Assembly: GCA_943704425.1 (NCBI GenBank)
Contig: CALSCP010000473.1
Span: forward strand, 14,807 to 47,586
DNA from: Ministeria vibrans ATCC 50519
Lineage: Eukaryota > Protista > Filasterea
DNA length: 32,780 nucleotides
Reading direction: 5' to 3'
Shown here piece by piece: positions 19,867-29,425 of this stretch. A program made the position numbers and the translations under genes. The notes under the pieces were generated by a model. It was not told the origin of the DNA and made no database searches. It saw only the letters and a program-made list of their open reading frames with translations. Positions within the stretch are counted from its first letter, which is position 1; each line of letters starts with the position of its first letter.

Positions 19867-22800
19867 ATGTCAGCCAAAAAGACGTACAACGTTAAAATCA
19901 CGACGGTGGATGCCGAGCTGGAGTTTGCCATTCAGGTGAGATGCGCCGAATGCTGCTCTGTGGGGGCCTGAGCGCAGCCCAGTCGCATGCACCCCCCTCT
20001 GTGGGTCGTTGGCGGGTGCGTTGCCGCGCAGGGAAGGCCCCCCTTGCGCGCACCTTGCCCTCTCCATTCGCTTTTGTCTCTGCGTTTTCGACGGTCTGTC
20101 GCTGCGCTCTTTGCCGGTGCGCTGCCTGCCGCATTCACAAGATCTTCCCTTGTGCCATGGTCGGAGGCCTCTCCCTGGCCCTGTCCAAGCCGGATCTGTC
20201 CCGCTTCGTCCCCCTTTGCGTTTTTTTTTTTACGTGTTTTCCACATCCCGCTCGTTTGGTCGCTGCTCGACTTGCACGCGGGTAGTGCGGGTGGGGACCC
20301 GCACCACTGGCACCTTGCGAACGATTGAGAGATGTGGTGCGATCCGTGGTTGCGGTTCTTTTGCGTTTTGGGCCATTTTCGGAAATGGGCCAGTCTGACA
20401 AAAATCTTTTTTTGTGCCGTCTGTCTCAGGGAAGCACCACAGGCCAGCAGCTGTTTGATCAGATCGCCAAGACGATTGGCCTGCGAGAGGTCTGGTACTT
20501 TGGCTTGCAGCATCTCGACTCCAAGGGCTACAAGACTTGGTTGAAAATGGTACGCACTCAATTTGCTTTTTTTTTTTTGACTCATCTTCTTATTCAATTT
20601 TTGATTGTTGTGTGTTTAGGGAAAGAAGGTTTTGTCGCAGGATGTACCCAAGCAAGACCCCATCCCTTTTCTGTTTCTGGTCAAGTTCTACCCGGAAGAT
20701 GTGGTTGAGGAGCTGATCCAGGACGTGACCAAGCACCTGTTCTTCTTGCAAACACAGCGGGTGGTGCTTGGCGATGAGATCTACTGTCCTCCCGAAACAT
20801 CCGTGCTCCTTGCCTCCTACGCAGTACAGGCCAAGTATGGTGATTATGATCCTGTTGTCCACCGGCCAGGCTTCTTGGCCAAGGTACCATAAAACAACCT
20901 CACAATCCATTAAACAGTTGCAATAAGATAATAATAATAATAAGAATAATAATAGTATAATAATAATAGTAAAATAATAGTTATTATTGTTATTATTATG
21001 ATTATTATTATTATTAATTTTCATTGTTTTCTTAAAATTCTTATTCGTATTGTTATTGTTAATTATTATTATTATTATTATTACTATTATTTTTATACTA
21101 ATAATATTAATATTGTTATTGATGTGTGCAGGAAAAGTTATTGCCACAACGTGTGAAGGACCAGTACAAGATGACACAAGAGATGTGGGAAGAGCGCATC
21201 ACCGCGTGGTACTCGGAACACCGAGGGATGCTGCGCGAAAATGCTGAGATGGAATACCTGCGTATTTCACAAGATCTCGAAATGTATGGCGTCAACTACT
21301 TTGAGATTAAGGTATGATTATTGGCTCACACCTGTGAAAGGATTGTCGTATACTCGTATACTGACACATGTACATTCCTACACTCCGTGTATTGCGTGTA
21401 GAACAAAAAAGGGACTGAGCTGTGGCTGGGCGTTGACGCCGGCGGCATCAACATTTACGAGCAGACAGACAAGCTCACACCCAAAATCTCCTTTCCCTGG
21501 AGCGAAATCTCAAACATCTCGTTCAACGACAAGAAGTTTATGATCAAACCTATTGACGCAAAGAGCCCCGAGTTCCACTTCTACTGTCCGCGTTTGCGTG
21601 TCAACAAACGCATCCTGCAACTGTGCATTGGTAAGTGTGTTGCGATGCATTAAACCTTTTTTTATTAAAAAATTGTATTTGTTAGGCAACCACGAGCTGT
21701 ACATGCGTCGTCGCAAGGCTGACTCGATGGAGATTCAACAGATGCGAGCACACGCCAAGGAGGCGAAGAAGCGCAAGGAGGCGGAGCGCAAACGCGTTGC
21801 CATGGAGAAGCAGCGTCGCGAAGAGGCCGAGCGACGCAAGGTAATAAATGACAATGTGCTGTGTGTAGTGTATCATATTCTCATATTGTGGTGATCAGAT
21901 TGAGCTTGAAGAGCGCGTGCGACAGGCTGAAGAGGCGGCAAAGATGATGGAAGATGCCTTGGTCAAGAGTGAAGAGGCGGCAGAGATCCTCGCGGAGAAG
22001 GCGACGGTTGCGCAGGAGGAGGCAGAACAACTTGCCAAGAAGGTATATTAGAATAATTATATTTTTTTTGTTATGCTGACCCGATTTGACTATGGTGTAG
22101 GCACATGCGACAGAGGAACAAAGACACCGACTGGAGGAGATGACGGCCCGGCGCAGCGCTATGGACACAGAAGTGAGGAACGACGGCACTGAACTGACCG
22201 ACGCCGAAAAGGTTGCCCAGCAGCTCGCTCAACAGGCTCTCGATGCGGAGCTTGCTGCTCAGGAGTTCAAGACCAAACTCATGCAGGTATGGAACATACG
22301 AGGGGAGGGAGAATGGAACATAGCGATAGAGAAAGAGTGTGTGAGTGTGAAGAATTAGGAATAATAATAATAAATTAATAATTATTATAATAATAATTAT
22401 TATTATTATTATTTTTTTGAAAAAAATTGTAGGAACGACTGGAACAGGAGCAGAAGGAAGCACGTGAGCGGGAGGAGGCGGCCAAGGCAGCAGAGCGACA
22501 TCGTAAGGAACGAGAGGAGGCCGAGCGGGCAGCGCGCGAGGCACGAGAGGCGGCAGCGCGCGAGGCTCAAGAGGCACGTGCACAACTTGAAGCGGAGAGG
22601 GCAGCTGTGATGGCGTCGCAGCGCGATGCATCTCCGCAAGCACCTCGATCGGTGCCTCAGGAACAGGGTTCGATGGGTGTCTTTGTGCGTCAGCCTGCAC
22701 CTCAACCGGTCGCACAGCCCACCATTGTGGCCGGTGCCAGCTACGCGTCCCCCGTCAAGGAGACAGAGCACACTCAAAGCTCGCTTGCAAAGCAGATGGC

Positions 22801-23095
22801 CGACGAGCGCAAACAGTTCATGTCCAAGACGCCAGATATGCGCACCCAGTTGATCTCTCTCAAGGTTTGACTTGACATCTATACTAATATGAATGACTCT
22901 TATTATTCAATGTGATTAATTGTTGTTATTATTTTCCAGGATGAGCTTGGCAAGCACGAAGATTCGGAGCGAATGACGGTTCTTGACCGGATCCACGCGG
23001 CCAACTTCAAGGAGGGCAAGACCAAGTACCAGACACTGAGACTCATCCGGAAGGGCACCACCAAGGACCGCGTGTCCTTTTTCGAGATGATGTGA
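19867..23095 (+). CDS. Merlin/ERM (ezrin-radixin-moesin) family protein: FERM domain, coiled coil, C-ERMAD. Exons 19867-19935, 20430-20549, 20620-20883, 21132-21311, 21402-21630, 21686-21840, 21899-22042, 22101-22286, 22433-22864, 22940-23095
   Basis: [91 protein letters not shown] and C-terminal [23 protein letters not shown]. All nine introns are GT-AG and in frame. Confidence 0.96.
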
Positions 23096-23444
23096 GCAGA
23101 CAGAAGACAGTGAACATTGAAAAGAGTTTAATTTTATCATCATAGTAATAATACGATGAAGAAAATAATTAATAGAGAATCGAGAGATGTGCTTTCATGT
23201 CGAAACAAGACAAGAACTATTAAAATATAGCACAATGCTTCCGCAGACTTCTAGAATAGTCGAAAGCGACTCAAACTTCAAAGCGTCTCGACAGAAGCCC
23301 AAGTAAGCCATAGACCCACTCATATACCTGAGAAGAATGTAGGTTACTATTTTAACTCTAAAACTGAAACAAACGGAAACAATATAATTAGTATTATTAT
23401 TATTATTAATAATTTCACTTCTCAGTTTTATTTATTTTCGTTTG

Positions 23445-26369
23445 ATGCCGCCCAAACGATCACCTCCCCCAAGTGAGGCACCCGAAGAACTCGCATTCAA
23501 TGAATACCTTCCTCAATTGAGAGGGATTGTGGCCAAGTCGAGTGTGGCGGCGGCAGTGCTGCCGTTCTTTGCCAGCGTCCTGTCCAACGCCGTGTACAGC
23601 GCCGTTGCCGACAGCGAACACGTCGGCGACGCGCTTGTGAACGCCGTCAAAACCCGCCTTGGCAACGCCCCCAAGGCCGCCTTTGACGCTCTTCTACGTG
23701 CGCTCAACGCCGAGAAGTATGTTGGCTTCGCTGACGATTTGGCTCGATTTCGCGACGACGTGTCGACCGACAACAAACGCGCGCGCAGAAGCAACAGCGA
23801 AGAGCACTCCATCGGCTACATGGACCTCAACTCCACCCGGCACAAGCGCGACCACTACGACCTCAAGCATGCGCTGGTGGAGCTCATCGCAAACGCCATG
23901 GACGAGCACGCCTTGGCGGGAATCGCCGAGCCCGTCGCCGTCGCCAAAATCACAAGCAAACAATGGCAGATCCGCAACCATGGCCGCTCCATCTCGCTTG
24001 GCGACTTCACCAATGGCGTCCAGCGTGATAACACCCTCAAGAAAGACTCGGCGCTCCCCTTGATTGGGCGATACGGTGAAGGGATTAACGTAATTCTTTT
24101 TTTTTTCTTTTGTTTCGTCAACCACAAGGTCTTATTAGTATAATAATTAATTTTCTTGTTTTTTTTTTTTTTTTTTTTTTTTTTTTTCGCAGGTTGCCCT
24201 GTCAGTATTGTTGCGTGAGAATGTTGACGTGGCATACACGTCGCGTTCTATTTCCGAGANNNNNNNNNNCAAAGCGATAAAACAAATACTTGTCCTGCGG
24301 TGAAAAAGAGAGTCAGCGCAGGTTGCCCTGTCAGTATTGTTGCGTGAGAATGTTGACGTGGCATACACGTCGCGTTCTATTTCCGAGAAGATTCGTGGTA
24401 GATCGCTTGGGTTTGTCGAAGGTCCAAAGCGCGGCGCAGACGACGATGTCGTCGTCTTGTCAGTAAGAGTCTCTTCTTTTGTATTCGTGTTCGTTGCTTT
24501 GCTTCTACTCTGTTCATATATATATATATGTATATATATATATATGTATGTATACTGTTACGTTACGTGTTTTTCTGTCATAATTTGTTTCTCTCACTCT
24601 CCTCATCTCTCTCTTGTGATTCATTTTCAACGCTCTTTTACTTTTTGCGTAGACGTACCCTCGGAACGGATTTGATGTACCCGAAGAGGGCACCATTGTG
24701 ACGTTGACCAACATTGACGACGCCACCGTCGAGGCAGCCAAGCAGGAATTTCTTGTCTTTCGCGACAAGCTCGAGCGAGTGGCCGAATGTGTGACCCGCA
24801 ATGGCACTGTTGCTGGCCACATCATGGTACCCAATGACCGTCCTGTAAAGCGCGATCGCAACCTCGTTTTCGTCAACGGCCTGCGTCGGCAGCTTGAAAC
24901 AACAGGTGCGTTCACTAGCTAGTTCTCAAGGTCGAATCATCCATTTAATCATCAGAGTGTACATTCTATACGTAGACAAACAGCGGTCGCTCTGCTTTGC
25001 ATACAACATTGTGACAATGAAACGACCGCAGGCAAATTCTGGACGGGCACCTGGATTGCTTCCGCTTGATCGCACTGTGTCGCTGAGCGTGTCGTCAATA
25101 CATCCAGAGATTGCGCGTCTGTATCGTGCCCTCCCAGCTGACGCTAATTGGGAACGGCTGCTCCAGGTGCTCGATCGGACAGACGACGCGCTGGAGATGA
25201 CATGGTCGGAAGCACGCGAGGTCGTGTCTGCTCAGCGCGCCTTTATTCTTCACAAACGCACCGTTGATGCAAAACGCCTCGTAGAGGAGGCCGCCAAGGC
25301 CGAGGAGTCATTGCGGACGAAGAGATTGGCGCTAGAACGGACACGAGCACGAGAGGAAAGACAGCGAGAACGTCTACGGCGCTTGGACCTGATGGACAGT
25401 GGGGAAACTGTGGAGGGAGATGATGACGAGGAAGATCAGGAAGGTGAGGATGCAGAAGAAGAAGAGGACGAGGAAGAGGAGCACGGTAACGACGACGATG
25501 ACGACGACGACGACGGCATTGATGATGGAGTGGGCGTTGGCAACGACGAAGCGGCGCGTGGCAAATACAGAGGTTCGTCAAGCGAAGATTGCGAGCAGGT
25601 GACTGCACATGACAAGAGCCGTCGACTAGAGCGCGCTGTAAAGAAAGAAATGGAACGTGTGCGACGTCTGAAACGATCACTGACTCCGGCGGTTCGCGAC
25701 GCTGCCGCGACACGGATCAAGGCAGTGGTGACACGCAGTGGCTCGGCAAGCAAATCTGGCGGTGTAGGAGCTGCTCGTGGAAGCGGAAGCAGCCGCGACG
25801 GTGCACGCAAGACCCGCACTGCACGACTCGCCCGCAGCGAGGCGACAGTAGTTGAAGTACCCGTCGGGTCCGAAGCAGAGCGCGGTCGCATTGAGCGTCG
25901 TCTGCGTGTGCTCTCCAAACAAAGCAACATTCCCGCTCCGGCGTCCCTTGACAGCGACGAGCAGCGAATTCGCCAGGCAATGACAGGCGAACTCGACCCC
26001 GACAATACGATCGTCAGGACCGTAGTGCGCCTTTTGCTTCATTTGCAAGACTGCGACGCCCGCTTCCACAAACACGTCTTGAAAGTATCGCTTGCGTCAT
26101 ACGAGCCGAATGCCGACTCTAGTATCAGTCTGATGGGAACACCCACGTACGACATGCCATTTGTGTCACCGACAGGCTCGCGCGCTCTTGTGCTGCCGGA
26201 TAAGCGAATTGAGGTAGAGCAATGCACTCCAGCATTGCTCTCCCAGCTGCTTGGCGATGTTGCCTCTGTCATGATCAAGGCAGTGTCGCACGAATGGACC
26301 AGTGCCGAGCGCAAAACCCTGCAGACCAAGGTGTTTGGCTCTCTCGCCTATCTGGCCTTTGGACAGTGA
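23445..26369 (+). CDS. GHKL (HATPase_c-like) ATPase with N-terminal helical domain, coiled coil and acidic tract. Exons 23445-24089, 24322-24462 (first 67 nt also at 24193-24259), 24653-24905, 24976-26369
   Basis: Bergerat-fold motifs ALVELIANAMDE, WQIRNHGRSI, IGRYGEGI and GTIVTL, followed by VFVNG...FAYNI. Three GT-AG introns keep the frame. Confidence 0.8.
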
Positions 26370-26700
26370 CCAACGAAGCGCATTGATATAATTAGTTATA
26401 ATATTCCAGCGGGAAAAAAGAAAAAATGATTCCGGCTTTTTGGCTAAATTTCGCTAGATTCTTCATTTTACTTTTTCTATGAATGTACCTCACTGGATAG
26501 CGACGACACAAGCACTTCTGAACTGTCTCTGTTTTCCCATGTTTAGTGTTTAATAGTACCTGATACCTCTAGAGTTTCGCGTTTGAGTGACTGTGTTTCT
26601 GGCGATCATTAATAAAAAAAATTATTTTTTTCTCCTCGTTTTTCCGAGACGTCTGGTGAACATTCGCTACATACCGACTGCCGAGATTACGCTTCAGCCA

Positions 26701-28230
26701 ATGGACACCATGAGCGAATGTGGGAACGAGCTGCCGTCGCAGCAAGAGCGCTCCATGTTTTTCTTTTCCGCTGAGGCAAATTTGGCTGAAATCAAGGTCC
26801 TCACGGCTGCCGCATGTCGCCTCAGTAGCTCTAAAGAAGACAGCGTGGGACTTGGACTTGTGGAACTGTACAAGAAGGCCTTCGCCGTAGAGCTGGAGAA
26901 ATGGTCGGCAGCTGATGAGGCGTCGCCTCTCCCCTCGTCCTCGCAGTCCACAACGTCGTCTCGCGCCCCACCGGCAGGCCCGAAACCGACTGTTGTACAG
27001 ATTCCCGTGTCGCGATCGGCCACAGCGCTGAAACCCCCGATACCAGAGACGCGCGCGAGCGAGTCGTTGACGCGCCAAACCACGATTGAGTTTCAGTTTC
27101 CAGCCACACCGCCAGCACAGTCAAGCAAGGCGCGTTCACGTACAAGCTCGGGTAGTTGCAAGCCAGGCAAGCCGTCGCATGCCATATCGGGAGGAGTGAT
27201 GGGGCCACCCGCAACTCCGATACCTAGCGGCTGTTCAGCGACTGCGTCAAACCCCATCGATGATTCCGATGACAGCATAGATATCGAAAGTTCACAACGC
27301 ACCTTGGATGAGAAAAGAGGACGCGAAGAAGAACAAAATGAATCAGAAGAAGAAGATGATGATGATGAAGAAGAAGAAGAAGAAGAAGAAGAAGAAGAAG
27401 AAGAAGAAGATGATGATGATGATGATGATGACGCGATCGACGACGACGAAAAAGTAGAAAAAGGTGATGATGATGAGGATGATGGTGAGGACGACGAGAT
27501 CGACGACGACGGCGAAAAAGAAGAAGAAGAAGAAGAAGGGAAGAGGAAACCTTCGCGCGAGCCAACCAAGTCGGCCTCCCGAAAACGCCCAGCTGAAGTG
27601 TCTGATCACGAGACTAGCGCGCGTGGAAAACGTCAACGGGAAAGCATGGCTCCAGTCCCAGCCTTGAACCTGCCGAGTACGTTATTATTGATCCAATTCA
27701 GTTCTTTTTATCATCATTAATTATTGCTTTTTGTAGAGTTTGACGAAACGAGTCTCGAAAAAGCGCGAGAATTGTATCGCAAGACTAAAGACACTCAGGA
27801 GTACAACGCCGTTATACCCGCGGCTTCACACAACTGGGTGGAGAATCCCTTAAACCCATTTTTTGCTGCACACTGGTTTCTTCAAGGTGAGGGTGCGCCG
27901 TTTGAAGACATTTGGAGGTGTTTCTTTCGGCCGGATGTGGGTTACTGTCGCGACGAGGTAGACCCGCTCATCGAATGCGCAAAGACGCTCACCCCGCTCC
28001 TTAAAGGCAAACAAAAAGCGGGGAAGGATACCTTTCGCAACTGTAATCAGGCGTTTGCGAAAATGGTTGTGATGGGCAAGCGCAACGCGAAACAGGGCAA
28101 TTACACGTTGTGCTGTCTCAATGGAGAATCGTTCCGTGCAACCTACGCGGACGCGAAAAGGTTGCTTATCGTGGGCAAATTGGTGGATAGGGAAGACTTT
28201 GTGTCACGCGATGCTGACTTTGAAAAGTGA
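26701..28230 (+). CDS. Hypothetical protein with Ser/Pro-rich region, long D/E tract, basic NLS-like patches and a C-terminal globular domain. Exons ~26701-27676, 27737-28230
   Basis: A 60-nt GT-AG intron joins ORFs 26587-27720 and 27724-28230 in frame. The start codon is uncertain. Confidence 0.65.
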
Positions 28231-28970
28231 AAAAAATATATTATATTTGAAGAAAAAAAATACAACCCATTTATGAGCGATATATCACAAACACAGCCAG
28301 ACCGCCATGCAAACCCAAACGAAACTCTAGAAGTAACATTGAAGAAGAGTGGCAGGTCAAAGTGCTCAGTGCTGTGTCGTCGATAATTATAGTATGCCAA
28401 TATTATCGCAATAATTTATTGTTCCGGACTTCATCCCTCTGCGGGACCCCTTTTTTTTACTCACAAGTGACCCTGGATCTCATCTCTGCCGCGACCACTT
28501 CAATTCGCCACCTAAGACTCCCTGATTCTGTCATTTAATAAGGCTGTGGATCTTAGTCAGTCTTAGTCTAATGGAGACTAAACATAGTAAATAAGGTTAT
28601 TTCGCTCCTTCGACGTCCACCAACCCATCCTATTCACCCCGTCGACACCGCCCCACTGCTCCAGGGCAAACATACACTCTGCAGTCTGCAGTCCATTTTG
28701 AGGAGCAGAAAGGCTCTTTTCGTGAGAAACTTCCCTGTCCCAAATTTGAAGCCAGTTTCAATTATTGCAAGTGGTATCACCAGGGGGATCACTAAAATAA
28801 TAATCACTTGATCTAAACTTGATCACTTCGGTGTATGTATTTCATTCTTCAAACTTCAAAGTAAGTCGTTAGTCGATTGTTCCTTTGCCTTCGGGGGTTG
28901 CATAACATGTGTTGGGATAACAGTTGTGGTGTTTCGTGTGATTTTGCGCGAATTTTGCGCGGACCGCAGA

Positions 28971-29250
28971 TGATTTTCCAGCGCTTTCCACTGCCTGTCG
29001 TGTTGCGCAAATAATGTATGGGTGTTGTGGGATGCCAGTGGTGCAATGGGCGGGATGGAAGAGCGCGAGAATTTTGCGGGGCGTGCATTCTCGTCATTCT
29101 CGTTTTTTTTTTTTGTGATATTTGTTTCACAGTTTTTCATCGGCGCATGCCATCACCTGCCGTGTTGCACAAATGTGAAATGATGTATACGTGGTGTGTG
29201 ATGCCACTGGTGCAAAGCGTGTGGTGGCGGGGGCGGGAATTTTGCTTTTT
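28971..29250. repeat. Degenerate non-coding tandem duplication (period ~160-170 bp)
   Basis: Colinear shared blocks CCTG[T/C]CGTGTTGC[G/A]CAAAT, ATGTAT, GATGCCA[G/C]TGGTGCAA and GAATTTTGC. Confidence 0.6.
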
Positions 29251-29425
29251 TGCTGAATTGGTGTTTATTGCGTCTTGTTTGATTACGCTGATACGTGAAA
29301 TATTCGCCTGACCCAAATCAAGGCCGCAATTTGCCTACACCGCCTCCACATCACTTATCATGACTTATTTAGCTGTATTTGAGTCTTAATTATCGCTGAA
29401 CAACCACCACATACCTCCATTTCAG

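Noticed and set aside
24188-24388. Exact 72-nt duplication of the ATPase exon-2 start (24188-24259 and 24317-24388), suggestive of tandem alternative exons
   Set aside because: The copies flank a 10-N scaffold gap next to a long poly-T, and the second lacks a polypyrimidine tract. Most likely an unmerged contig overlap.
28511-29390. TAAGACTC ... GAGTCTTA as terminal inverted repeats of a MITE
   Set aside because: Only 8 bp, no target duplication found, and the same word occurs elsewhere (e.g. ~17286).
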